64,000 nt of DNA from IMG/VR virus record IMGVR_UViG_3300031949_000026. The stretch is one strand, 5' to 3'. Position numbers and translations under genes: made by a program. The notes under the pieces were generated by a model that worked only from the letters and a program-made list of their open reading frames with translations, was not told the DNA's origin and searched no databases. Of the stretch, positions 46,683 to 55,628 are shown piece by piece (the stretch's first letter is position 1; each line of letters starts with the position of its first letter). The stretch comes from an uncultured virus (IMG/VR IMGVR_UViG_3300031949_000026). Lineage: Duplodnaviria; Heunggongvirae; Uroviricota; Caudoviricetes.

Positions 46683-47243
46683 CTACCGGCGGGGCCTTCT
46701 CTTCAGGAGAAGATACCCGATCGTTCCGGCCGCCGCAACGCCGAGGGCGGCTCCCCACCACGGAACGCCGAGGATGGAAGGGGTGGGTCCTCCCGCCGCT
46801 TCCTCCGCCCGCCGGACGGCCGCCTCCGCGTTGGAATACTGGAGTTGCGCCGCTTTCGCCTGGAGTTCGGCCGCCGCCGCTGCCGTCTGCTGCCGCTGGA
46901 TGTCGAGCTTCGCGATCGACTCGGCGGTTTTCGCTTCGACCTTGGCCGTGTAGGTCTTCGTGGCGACGTTCGCGGCCGTCGAGACGAGGGAGCCGATGAG
47001 TTCCGCCCATTGGCCCATGCCGGACGGAGCGATCTCCAGCTTCGCGGCCTCCTTGACGATCCTCCGGAGATTCGGGAAGAGATTCTGCCTCCCGGAAAGG
47101 CTCCGGTACGCGACGTTCGCGAGCCCCCGCGCGTCGAGCTTCTTCGTGATGAGCGACTGCTTGAGCGTCGGAGACCGCTCGATATCCGCGACGAAGGCGG
47201 CTGAGAACGCCTTCGCGTATTCCTGCTTGGCTTTGATGTCCAC
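46683..47243 (-). CDS. virion membrane protein candidate
   Basis: SGMGQW; Ala-rich coil; VPWW-TM-KRRPRR tail. Confidence 0.65.
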   Translation of the reverse strand: MDIKAKQEYAKAFSAAFVADIERSPTLKQSLITKKLDARGLANVAYRSLSGRQNLFPNLRRIVKEAAKLEIAPSGMGQWAELIGSLVSTAANVATKTYTAKVEAKTAESIAKLDIQRQQTAAAAAELQAKAAQLQYSNAEAAVRRAEEAAGGPTPSILGVPWWGAALGVAAAGTIGYLLLKRRPRR

Positions 47244-47253
47244 GATCTTCTCC

Positions 47254-48594
47254 TTACGCCGCCGCCGCGATCGCCGCCGCCGCGCCGCCCGCGATGAGCC
47301 ACCACGGAACGCCGCCTCCGGCTTCCTCCGCCTTCCCTTCTCCCTTGGCCGCCGCCGCCGCGCGCGCGACCATCGAACGAACCTCGCCGAGGGACATCGA
47401 ACGGACCTTCTCTTCGGATTCCTTCGGAACGGAGATGACGCCTGCCGCGGTCCGCAGCTTGAGGCCGAGCGACTTCCCGTTCAGGAAGACCTCGAAGCGG
47501 TCCCCCTCTTTCGTCTTCTGGCCGATCGTATCGAAAAGTTCGTTCGAGTCCTCGGTCTCGAAGACCTTCTCGCCCTCGACGACGAGTTCGTAGCGTCCGG
47601 AAGGAGCCTCTCCCTCGGGAGCGGGAGCGCCGCCGGAGGGGGGAGGGGCGCTCGGGGCTTCTCCCGGAGCGGACGGGTAGACCGGCGGCGAGGTGTACGC
47701 GGAGGCGAGCGCCTGCCGGTAGATGGACGCCGACTGGATCGCGCTCATCCAGTCCGGAGAGACCGGAGCGGAGGACGGAGCAATCCCCTGCTCCTCGGCC
47801 TGCTCGTTGACCGCCGCCTGCGAAGCGGGCATCTCTCCCTTATTGATCTTCTCGATCACCGCGAGCTTCTGATCGACCGTGAGCCCCGCCCATGCCGAGT
47901 CTGTGATCCCGGCCGCCGCGAAGACCGGCTTGTTCTCGTTGTAAAGCTTGTCGAGTTCGGCCTTGAGCTTCGCCTCTTCTTCCAGGACCTCGGCGTTGAG
48001 GCGGGCCGACTCCCGCTCGTTGACCTTCTTGATCTGGTCGGCCTGCCGCTTCTTCTGGTACATCGTGTTCGCGGCCGTAAGAACGGAGGCGGCGATGAGA
48101 GACGCGCCGCCCGTGAAGGGAGCCAGGACCGCTCCGACCACGGTGATGATGACGTTGCCGTACTTCTTCCAGACTTTTTTCGCCCCGGCCTGGACTTTCT
48201 CTTTTATCTTCGCGTGGACTTCCTTGACCTTCTCCTTCACCTTGAGGATGGCCTTCGGGACGATGGCCTTCTCGATCTTCTTGTGGACTTCCTTGACCTT
48301 CTTGACGATCTTCTTGAACTTCTTCTTGAGACTCCCGAGTCCCTGGTAGTAGACCTCCTCGTCATAGCCGCTGAGACCCACGCTCCGGGTGTACCGGATG
48401 GCATGGACCGCCTTCGTGACTTCGGTCGCGATCTGATTGGCGAGCGCGCGCTCGGGGTCCCGGGAGAGCAGGATGTTTCGGATCGTCGCGCGGGAACCGG
48501 GCTCCGAGAGTTCCTGGATGATCTCGGTGCGGGCGCTGGGAGAAAGACGGCGGAGGGCCTCCACCTCCCGCGTACTCAGTTTCGCCATCCGCAT
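47254..48594 (-). CDS. virion membrane protein candidate
   Basis: GLSG and QGLGSLKKK; Lys-rich helix; hydrophobic hairpin; C-terminal VPWW-TM. Confidence 0.7.
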   Translation of the reverse strand: MRMAKLSTREVEALRRLSPSARTEIIQELSEPGSRATIRNILLSRDPERALANQIATEVTKAVHAIRYTRSVGLSGYDEEVYYQGLGSLKKKFKKIVKKVKEVHKKIEKAIVPKAILKVKEKVKEVHAKIKEKVQAGAKKVWKKYGNVIITVVGAVLAPFTGGASLIAASVLTAANTMYQKKRQADQIKKVNERESARLNAEVLEEEAKLKAELDKLYNENKPVFAAAGITDSAWAGLTVDQKLAVIEKINKGEMPASQAAVNEQAEEQGIAPSSAPVSPDWMSAIQSASIYRQALASAYTSPPVYPSAPGEAPSAPPPSGGAPAPEGEAPSGRYELVVEGEKVFETEDSNELFDTIGQKTKEGDRFEVFLNGKSLGLKLRTAAGVISVPKESEEKVRSMSLGEVRSMVARAAAAAKGEGKAEEAGGGVPWWLIAGGAAAAIAAAA

Positions 48595-48606
48595 GATTCT
48601 TTCTCC

Positions 48607-48939
48607 CTAGAGAAGCGCGATGATCGACGGCAGCGCCTTCTCCGCGAACTCGAAAATGGTTCCGAGGACCTCCTTGAAAGTCGCACGCGCCTCCCGCTCG
48701 GCGTCGAGCGCGATCCCGGCGACCTCGTTTTCGGCAGCCTGCCGCGCGATCTGAAGTTCCCGCTTGACCGCCTCTTCCTCCTGCTCGTCCCCGGCCTGGG
48801 ACATCATGACGACGAGGCGGGCGATGTCCTTCGCGCGCTCTTCCAGAAACGCGCGGGCCTCGGCGCTCTCTTCGAGGAGCTTCTTCGCGCGGCCCTTGAC
48901 GGTCTCGATGATTCCGTTCCTGATCGCTTCCAGATCCAT
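48607..48939 (-). CDS. helical hypothetical protein
   Basis: GGAGG RBS; abuts neighbour. Confidence 0.6.
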   Translation of the reverse strand: MDLEAIRNGIIETVKGRAKKLLEESAEARAFLEERAKDIARLVVMMSQAGDEQEEEAVKRELQIARQAAENEVAGIALDAEREARATFKEVLGTIFEFAEKALPSIIALL

Positions 48940-49188
48940 CTATTCCTCCAGGGCCTTTCGGAGCTTCCCAACAAGCCGCTCCAGGGACTCGACAAGGGCC
49001 TTCCGGCGGGCCTTCTTGTCCGCGTCGAGCGAGGCGTCCTTCTCGACGTAGCTCTTGTACTCCGGCAGGACGATCTTCTGGGTGTCCTCGATCTCCGCCG
49101 CCGCCTGCCGCGCAGCCGGGGAGCAGGTGCAGGACACCACCGAGCAGGACAGGATCGCGACAACTGCCAGAATTGAGAGCTTCCTCAC
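48940..49188 (-). CDS. small lipoprotein-like protein
   Basis: signal peptide with Cys (ILSC, VVSC). Confidence 0.55.
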   Translation of the reverse strand: MRKLSILAVVAILSCSVVSCTCSPAARQAAAEIEDTQKIVLPEYKSYVEKDASLDADKKARRKALVESLERLVGKLRKALEE

Positions 49189-49589
49189 GGGCTTCCTCCT
49201 TCTTTGGGCGGCGACGGAGCCTTGCCTTCCTCTTCGGGTGCTGCGCCGCCCGTAAGCTTCCCCATGAGAGGGTTCATGATCTTGTCGTGGAACTGCTGCG
49301 CGCCGACCGCGGCGAAAAGAAGGATGACCTCATGAAGCCCCCACGCCTGGACGGTGTTCGCGCCGTAGACGCCCGGCATGGTGAGCTTCGCAAGCGTGCC
49401 GAGAACGAAGGTGAGCCCGATCGCCCAGAAAGGCTCGCGTCCCTCGACAAGCTTCTTCATGGCCCACTTGAATCCGGAGACGAGAAACGCCACGCCCGCG
49501 ACGATGCCGAGGTAGCTCGCGAGGAATTGGAGCACGAGTTCCTTGATCGGGTCGGCCTTGTCTTCCAGGACGAACGAGAGGATCGCCAT
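49185..49589 (-). CDS. three-TM holin-like membrane protein
   Basis: three hydrophobic helices and a charged tail. Confidence 0.55.
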   Translation of the reverse strand: MAILSFVLEDKADPIKELVLQFLASYLGIVAGVAFLVSGFKWAMKKLVEGREPFWAIGLTFVLGTLAKLTMPGVYGANTVQAWGLHEVILLFAAVGAQQFHDKIMNPLMGKLTGGAAPEEEGKAPSPPKEGGSP

Positions 49590-49597
49590 GGAACCTC

Positions 49598-49861
49598 CTA
49601 CTTGAACTCCGCTTTGTGCTTCTTCGTGAGCGCGTCGAAGAACTTCTGCATCTCGTCGGGCTTCGAGACGAGGGGGATCGACTGGTCCGGCACGTCGAGC
49701 AGCCCGACGTTCCGGTGCGGCTTCCCCTCGACCGCGTGCGAGGGCATCGTGTTCACGACCCGGCGCTTCCCCCCGACGACATAGGTCCTCTGGGGCGCGA
49801 GAGCCCCGGCCGCGATCACGACCTTGCAGTCCCGGCAGTAGGCGACTTTCATCTGGCTCAT
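49598..49861 (-). CDS. hypothetical protein
   Basis: YCRDC; coupled. Confidence 0.55.
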   Translation of the reverse strand: MSQMKVAYCRDCKVVIAAGALAPQRTYVVGGKRRVVNTMPSHAVEGKPHRNVGLLDVPDQSIPLVSKPDEMQKFFDALTKKHKAEFK

Positions 49862-50079
49862 TTCACCCTCGCCGTGGCCTCGCGCTTCTTGGTCTCCATC
49901 GCGTCCCGGGCGGTCTTGAGCGCCTGTTCCAGGTGCAAATTCACTTCCGGGAGCGCCTCGTCGGGCACCCGGTCAAGCGCCGCACGGATGTCCGCGATGA
50001 GGAAACGGGCCTTCATGTCGGCCTCTTCCATCTGCTTTTCGGACCCTTCCACCTTGGGTTTCTCGATCTTCGTCGTCAT
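49858..50079 (-). CDS. small hypothetical protein
   Basis: coupled. Confidence 0.55.
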   Translation of the reverse strand: MTTKIEKPKVEGSEKQMEEADMKARFLIADIRAALDRVPDEALPEVNLHLEQALKTARDAMETKKREATARVK

Positions 50080-50285
50080 GACTTCTGCCTCTTTTCCTCG
50101 ACCATCTTCTGAAACGCTTCGAGTTCCTCGATCCTCCTCTTGTGGAGCGCGAGGACCTCCGCCTTCGCCTTGTCCGCTTCCCTACGCTCCTCCGCGACCT
50201 TACTCCAAAGAATCTTGATCGTCGTCACGAGAGCCGCGACGATGCCCCCGGCGATCCCGAGGATCTTCCAGCATGTCGAATCCAC
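50076..50285 (-). CDS. single-TM small protein
   Basis: N-terminal TM then coiled coil. Confidence 0.6.
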   Translation of the reverse strand: MDSTCWKILGIAGGIVAALVTTIKILWSKVAEERREADKAKAEVLALHKRRIEELEAFQKMVEEKRQKS

Positions 50286-50303
50286 GATGCACTTTGCCTC
50301 CCC

Positions 50304-50603
50304 TTAGACCCGAATCGCGATGACCTTCCCGGTGTCGTCCACAGAGAGTGCCCATTCCGTTCCGTCCGGACTCGAAAGGAAAACCTGCTCCGGAAATCTC
50401 CTGGCCGGAACGTCCACGAATGCCCGAACGACGGAAGCGGGGTCCTTCGTTTCCGCATCGTCGAGGACGACCCGCGTGTAGGCCGCCCCCTTTTTGTTCT
50501 CGTCGGAGTCGATCCGCACGACGAGGAAGTTCGCCGCCAAAAGAGCCTGCTGGAGGCCCGCGAGATCGCGGATCGCCCGGCCCGAGACGTCTACGTTTTT
50601 CAT
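50304..50603 (-). CDS. hypothetical virion-associated protein
   Basis: C-terminal LSSPDGTEWALSVDDTG, a motif common in fibre proteins. Confidence 0.55.
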   Translation of the reverse strand: MKNVDVSGRAIRDLAGLQQALLAANFLVVRIDSDENKKGAAYTRVVLDDAETKDPASVVRAFVDVPARRFPEQVFLSSPDGTEWALSVDDTGKVIAIRV

Positions 50604-50606
50604 ATC

Positions 50607-51305
50607 TTATGTATGCATACAGATCGCGCGAAGCGGCGCGTTGGCTGCCCGCTGAACCTGCCCCGTCGAAGCGCCGCCCCCCGAAAGATGCAGGGTGAGC
50701 GTGTGGGCTCCGATCGCGACTGCCGGAAACCGGACAACGCCGCCGAGATTTGCGCCTCGGCCGTCCCCGAGGCCCTGATTGGTCGTTCCTTCGACCACCG
50801 AAGGCGTCCCGCTCGCGTCAAGATCGACCCCAAGAGTGGACGCATCCACGAAGCCGCCCGACGTGATGGACATTCCGTTCACGAAAACGAGGATGTCTCC
50901 GGCGACGACCTGCGTGAAAGGAAGGGAGGCCCCGGGGATGGCCGCGAAAGTCGGAAACACGACCGACGTCACAAAGGTTCCCGAGGCGATGTCCGAGAAC
51001 TCGTCGAACGTATAGCCGCCCGAGGAGATGTCGGTGAGATTCGCGACGGCCCTCGCTGCCCCTCCGACGAACTGCTGGAGGCGGCCGGTCACGACGTCCA
51101 TCCCGACTTCCCCGAGCACGGCCGGGACGCCGGAGCCGCTCCAGCGAATCAGGTTTGCGGGATCGAGCGTGATCGTGTTCTTCCCGAACTTCATCGACCC
51201 GCAAGGGCAGACGAAGATCGGGATGCCGCGCCGAAGCGGGACCATCCGCTTCCCGCACTTGCAGGCGGGGCGCGGCCCGAACAGTTTTTCGAGCAAAGCC
51301 TTCAC
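50607..51305 (-). CDS. spike/receptor-binding candidate
   Basis: N-terminal CKC..CPC; Gly/Thr beta-rich C-terminus. Confidence 0.5.
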   Translation of the reverse strand: MKALLEKLFGPRPACKCGKRMVPLRRGIPIFVCPCGSMKFGKNTITLDPANLIRWSGSGVPAVLGEVGMDVVTGRLQQFVGGAARAVANLTDISSGGYTFDEFSDIASGTFVTSVVFPTFAAIPGASLPFTQVVAGDILVFVNGMSITSGGFVDASTLGVDLDASGTPSVVEGTTNQGLGDGRGANLGGVVRFPAVAIGAHTLTLHLSGGGASTGQVQRAANAPLRAICMHT

Positions 51306-51308
51306 GTC

Positions 51309-51605
51309 CTACCCGTTCGGAGCTTCCTGGGGTCCGCTGAAGGTGGCGATGGCCGGGACCTTGGCCTTGAGCACGTCGAGGCGTGCCTGGATCTCGGCCT
51401 TGACCTTCGTCTCGGCGTCGATCATCCGGGCGGTCGGGTCCGCGCCCACGGCGGGGCCGGGCATCATGCCCCGGAACTCCGCCGTGAAGTTGTGGCCGCC
51501 CGTGATCTGCTCGTCGGTCGCCCCGGAGTAGGCGAAGACTTCCCCGACGACGCCCGTGCGTCGGTCGCGGGCGAGCGTGATGTTGACGTGGAGCCGTTCG
51601 GCCAC
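51309..51605 (-). CDS. hypothetical protein
   Basis: GAGGAG RBS; follows fibre gene. Confidence 0.6.
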   Translation of the reverse strand: MAERLHVNITLARDRRTGVVGEVFAYSGATDEQITGGHNFTAEFRGMMPGPAVGADPTARMIDAETKVKAEIQARLDVLKAKVPAIATFSGPQEAPNG

Positions 51606-51617
51606 AGTATCCTCCTC

Positions 51618-52538
51618 TTATGCCACAAGAGCCAGCGGAGACTTTTTCTCGAAGGAGAGCGACGTCACCCTCTTCCCCATAATGTACAGGCCGCTCTCTC
51701 TGACCGCAAACATCTCTCGCCCCATGCGATTCTTGAGGACCATCCCGTCATCCTCATAGTCCTCGGTGAAGCGCCAGCCGTTCTCGAACGACAAGTCGCC
51801 CGCGGTGATCGTGACGGCGCGAACGAGAGTGAGCCGGAGCGCCGCCGTCCCCAGAGACCAATCATTGTCCACCACCGGAGCCATCGTGAAATCGCCCTGG
51901 AGGGCGATGTTCCCGTTGAAGCGGCTGGCCGCGTTGCATCGAAAGTCTTCTCCGGCCACGGCCCCGATGAGCCCGTTGGTGCTGCCCGTCACGATCACGC
52001 AGCCGTCGTCTCCGAGCACGAGGACTTCGACCTGGGTCGTGCTCCCGTTCGGTGTCGTCTTGAGGACCTGACGAGTGCCGTGATTGGCCGCCGTCCACGC
52101 ACCCGCCGCCTCGAAAAGGATGGCGGCCTGCTGACCGGAGAAGGCCACGCCGTCGTAGCCGCGTGCCGAGAACTCCCACATGTCGTCGTCGTCCACGAGG
52201 GCGGTCGGAGCGGCCTTGGTGCCTTCCGACTTTCGACCGACGAACTCGAAATTCTCCCCGGATGTTCCGTAATGGTCGATGATCCAAAGCGGCCCCGTGC
52301 CCTGGTATTCCGCGTGCAGCGGGAATCCCGGCGCGAAGATTCCCTGAGCGTCGATCCCCTCGATCCCGAGCCGCCGGTTCGTCGTATCCACGACGAGAAA
52401 ATCGTCCGGAGTCGCGTCCCGGACCGTGAACGCGCGGGTCGAGGTCCGGCGAATCTGAGGATCGGCCGAGACGATGATCGGATCGACGCTCGCCGCGAGG
52501 TCGAGCGACGTGACCTGATCGACGATCGAAAGCGGCAT
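51618..52538 (-). CDS. fibre/spike-like protein
   Basis: VDTTNRRLGI, RKSEGT..APTA, ARGYDG, TTPNGST, DNDWSLGTAALR: beta-repeat fibre motifs. Confidence 0.65.
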   Translation of the reverse strand: MPLSIVDQVTSLDLAASVDPIIVSADPQIRRTSTRAFTVRDATPDDFLVVDTTNRRLGIEGIDAQGIFAPGFPLHAEYQGTGPLWIIDHYGTSGENFEFVGRKSEGTKAAPTALVDDDDMWEFSARGYDGVAFSGQQAAILFEAAGAWTAANHGTRQVLKTTPNGSTTQVEVLVLGDDGCVIVTGSTNGLIGAVAGEDFRCNAASRFNGNIALQGDFTMAPVVDNDWSLGTAALRLTLVRAVTITAGDLSFENGWRFTEDYEDDGMVLKNRMGREMFAVRESGLYIMGKRVTSLSFEKKSPLALVA

Positions 52539-52541
52539 GGT

Positions 52542-52946
52542 CTAATCCACCTCGAACTGAATGGAGGCCGAGGTCGCGATCCCGGCGACCTCTTCCACTT
52601 CGACGGCCGCGATCGACCCGCCGATTCCGCCGTAGCTGATCGACGAGAAACGCCCGAGGATGATCCCCGCGCCCGCCGGGCCGCCGACTTCCCGGACCCG
52701 GATGAGCGAGCCCGCGGGTCCCGTGTTCTGGATCGTCATCCGGTTCGTGTTCGCGGGCGGAACGGTGAGCGGAACCGTCGCACCGATCCCGACCGCGACG
52801 TCCGCGGAGGTGTCGATGACCGTCCCCGGCGAGATGTTCGAGATCACGCCCGAGACGACGAGGGGGTTCGCGGCCGTCCCTTGCACGACCGCGTTCTCGT
52901 CGTGCAGGACCACCGGGAACAGGTGGGGCTTGAGCGGAGCAGGCAT
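52542..52946 (-). CDS. small beta-rich virion protein (penton/vertex candidate)
   Basis: RMTIQNTG...GIILG; beta-sandwich pattern. Confidence 0.5.
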   Translation of the reverse strand: MPAPLKPHLFPVVLHDENAVVQGTAANPLVVSGVISNISPGTVIDTSADVAVGIGATVPLTVPPANTNRMTIQNTGPAGSLIRVREVGGPAGAGIILGRFSSISYGGIGGSIAAVEVEEVAGIATSASIQFEVD

Positions 52947-52958
52947 CCATCGTCTCCG

Positions 52959-53741
52959 TTAGAGTTGGAGGTCTCCCGTGGCCCATTCCGCGGCTCCCTG
53001 CGGCGCGGAAGCCCAATACTGGTAGAAGGCCAGGACCCCGCGGATCGTGACCGTGACGCCGCTTTTGTTCTCGACGAGCATCTGGAGCCGCGAGCGTCCG
53101 CGGACGCCGAACTGGAGCCCGTTAGAGAGCAAGCACCACGGGATTTCGACCGAGGCGGGAAGAACCGTCGTCCGGCCGGACTGGACCGGCGTCGAGCCGC
53201 CGTAAGCCGTGGGCGTCTGGTCATCGAAGATCGGGATGATGTCGGCCCGGCCCGCGACGTTGTTGCGGGCGTTGGCCGCCTGGAGCCAGAATTCCAGTTG
53301 GCAGTTCATGAGCGGCGCGAGCGGCGCGAGATCCAGACCGAAGCCCGTCACGATCGCGCGCTGGCGGTCTTCGATCAGCCGGTCGAAGATGACGGCCGTC
53401 GCGCCGGGCGCAACCTGGAGGCCGCACTTCGACTTGATGAGCGGCTTCGAGAAGAAAGGCGGCTCGTTGAACGCGGGCTTCTTGACGAAGAAAATGAGCG
53501 GCTTCTTGAGTTCCGACGCGAAGCGGCAGAAGAGGTCGTCCATCTTCTGCTGATCGGCGGGGTCCTTCGTGTTCGGCCCGCAATTGGGATCGAACACGAC
53601 GTCCTTCGGGCGAGGTTCGCCCTGTCCGTAGTCCCGCCAGCCCTCGAAGAAGTATTCCTCTTCGTGAGGGTTTCCCATGCCGCCGCGACCCGGCGGGCGC
53701 GGAGGCGGCCCTCCTCGACGGGGAGGCTGTTTAGGAGACAT
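52959..53741 (-). CDS. beta-rich minor capsid protein candidate
   Basis: Pro/Arg/Gly leader ending GGMGNP, then alternating beta strands. Confidence 0.5.
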   Translation of the reverse strand: MSPKQPPRRGGPPPRPPGRGGMGNPHEEEYFFEGWRDYGQGEPRPKDVVFDPNCGPNTKDPADQQKMDDLFCRFASELKKPLIFFVKKPAFNEPPFFSKPLIKSKCGLQVAPGATAVIFDRLIEDRQRAIVTGFGLDLAPLAPLMNCQLEFWLQAANARNNVAGRADIIPIFDDQTPTAYGGSTPVQSGRTTVLPASVEIPWCLLSNGLQFGVRGRSRLQMLVENKSGVTVTIRGVLAFYQYWASAPQGAAEWATGDLQL

Positions 53742-54654
53742 AGCTGACCTTGCGGCCTCCGAAGATGGGCTTCACCGTGTTCGGATTCACCGTGTCGAGG
53801 TTGTCGATGTCGAGTTGCACCTTGAGCGACCGGCGGATCATCCAGGAGGTCGCCCACCGCGCCGGGAAGATGCCGCCCGAACCGCCGACGCCGCCGCCCG
53901 CGACGGTCGGCTGGTGCGCGCCGAAGAGAAGGGACGAATGGAGCTTGTCGCCCGTGAGCGCGCGGTCGTTCTGGCCGTCGCGGATGCGGCAGCGGAACGC
54001 GGCCGAGGACTGCGCCGTGAGCTTGAAACACTCGAAGTCCGCGTTGTCCGGAATCGTCATGAAGTTCGGATCGTCCGTCGCGCCCGCCGGGAGGACGATC
54101 TCTTCGTCGGTCGTGAGGAGGTAGGCGTAGGTCCGTTCGCGGCGCTCGATGTACTCCCAGACCTCCTTCTTGATCTGCCCCGGGGCCTGATTCGGGTAGA
54201 ACTTGATCCCGCCCAGGACGAGTTCGACCTTCCGCTCGTTCACGAGGTCCTGATTCCGGAACGTGATGTTGAGCGACTGGACCGGCGGGATGAAGATCGT
54301 CTCCGGGAGGACGTAGGGGCGGCCCGCGTCCCCGGAGCAGGCGAGAAGGGGGATGGGGCGCGGGGAGAACTGGATGCGCTTCCCCGGGTGCTCCAGAAGG
54401 AAGTCGATGTCGTAGGTCGTGACCGGCACATCCGCGTCGTCGTAGACGACGGTCTTGATGTAGAAGACCTCGATCGGACCGTCGTACTGCGCGGTGAGCG
54501 GAAACGGGCCGCGCCGCTCGCCCGGCGCGAGCGTGACGACCTGATTCGGCTTCGACACCGACAACTCGAACGGCTGGACCCAATCCTTCGCCGGATTGAG
54601 GTAGGTGCGACCCTGCTTGTCGCGAAGGAACGTCGGAACCTGCGCCCAACTCAT
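53731..54654 (-). CDS. tandem two-domain beta-rich capsid protein candidate (double jelly-roll-like)
   Basis: two similar halves ending RNQDLVNERKVELVLGGIKF and DNLDTVNPNTVKPIFGGRKV. Confidence 0.55.
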   Translation of the reverse strand: MSWAQVPTFLRDKQGRTYLNPAKDWVQPFELSVSKPNQVVTLAPGERRGPFPLTAQYDGPIEVFYIKTVVYDDADVPVTTYDIDFLLEHPGKRIQFSPRPIPLLACSGDAGRPYVLPETIFIPPVQSLNITFRNQDLVNERKVELVLGGIKFYPNQAPGQIKKEVWEYIERRERTYAYLLTTDEEIVLPAGATDDPNFMTIPDNADFECFKLTAQSSAAFRCRIRDGQNDRALTGDKLHSSLLFGAHQPTVAGGGVGGSGGIFPARWATSWMIRRSLKVQLDIDNLDTVNPNTVKPIFGGRKVSYVS

Positions 54655-54804
54655 CGTATCTCCCTTCCTGAACCGCCTTGGTAGAGGAAGGCGTGCGGCC
54701 GACTGTGGCCGCCTGCCGTCCGGGACCTACTCTTTCAGGTGCATCAGGGGGCGGCCCCAACAAGAGGGGCCGCCCGGAGTTGCGCCTGGACCGGCGAAGG
54801 ACGA

Positions 54805-55443
54805 CTAGACGCCCTTGTACCGGATGCCCCGGATGAACCACCGGAAGAGGAGGTTTCCCGTGATGCCCGCGAGCCCCGAGGGGAAGCTGATCTTCACCTG
54901 ATAGGGCTCGGTCGAGTTGATGTGGAGCGCCCTGCCGCCCACGTCGAAGCGGTAGAGGTTGTCGGAGATGCCCCACCCGATGTGCGGCGCGTCGGTCGCG
55001 CCCAGGCCCTCGGTGTCCACGCCGGAGGGCACGTCCTCGACCGGGATCGTGAGGAACTTCGTGTCCTGGCCGAAGATGATCTCCGAGAGCGCGGCGGCCA
55101 TGACGAGCGTGAAGTTCCCGACCGAGACGGTCTTGGACGTGAGGCTGCCCCAGAGCCGGGCGTTGAAGCCGTAGACGTCGAAGCTCAGGGGGGTGCCGAG
55201 CGATCCCGCCTGGGTCTGGTTCGAGTGGATGAACGTCTTCGACGTCGCGCCGTCGTTGAGGTTCTGGCCCACCGGCTTCGAGTACAGGGTGAACTCCCTG
55301 TTCGGGGTCGCCGCCAGGATGACTTCCGAGTCGTACAGCGGCTCCTTGTACGACCGGACGATCGCGGCGGGCACCCCCTTCGTGATCTTGTAGTAGGGGT
55401 GGACCACCTGGATCGGCTGCTGCGAGCCGTTCGGCGGAGGCAT
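54805..55443 (-). CDS. major capsid protein candidate (single jelly-roll-like)
   Basis: beta-rich; EPLYDS...SKT..HSN.TQAGSL..P.SFDV; strong AAAGGAG RBS; flanked by structured spacers. Confidence 0.55.
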   Translation of the reverse strand: MPPPNGSQQPIQVVHPYYKITKGVPAAIVRSYKEPLYDSEVILAATPNREFTLYSKPVGQNLNDGATSKTFIHSNQTQAGSLGTPLSFDVYGFNARLWGSLTSKTVSVGNFTLVMAAALSEIIFGQDTKFLTIPVEDVPSGVDTEGLGATDAPHIGWGISDNLYRFDVGGRALHINSTEPYQVKISFPSGLAGITGNLLFRWFIRGIRYKGV

Positions 55444-55628
55444 CGCATTCTCCTTTCACCACGCCATTTCCGGGTCGAGGTCAACTAGACCTCAAGGGGG
55501 CTCTCGCCCGCCTGTCATATTTCCCGTGGGACGGACTGGCGTACTTGTCCGACTCCCTTTCGGGGCTCGACGCACGAGCCGCGGAAGGGAGGCCCTGGAG
55601 GGTTTCCCCTCCAGGGCTCCCGGGATCG

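Noticed and set aside
46960..49176. 738-aa plus-strand ORF
   Set aside because: Antisense to coherent membrane-protein genes
51618..52538. Evidence for a tailed phage from fibre motifs
   Set aside because: Fibre motifs also occur in spikes; no tail tube, tape measure, baseplate, portal or terminase recognised
50142..53747. 1201-aa plus-strand ORF
   Set aside because: Antisense shadow spanning several real minus-strand genes; Arg/Pro-rich with no domain signal
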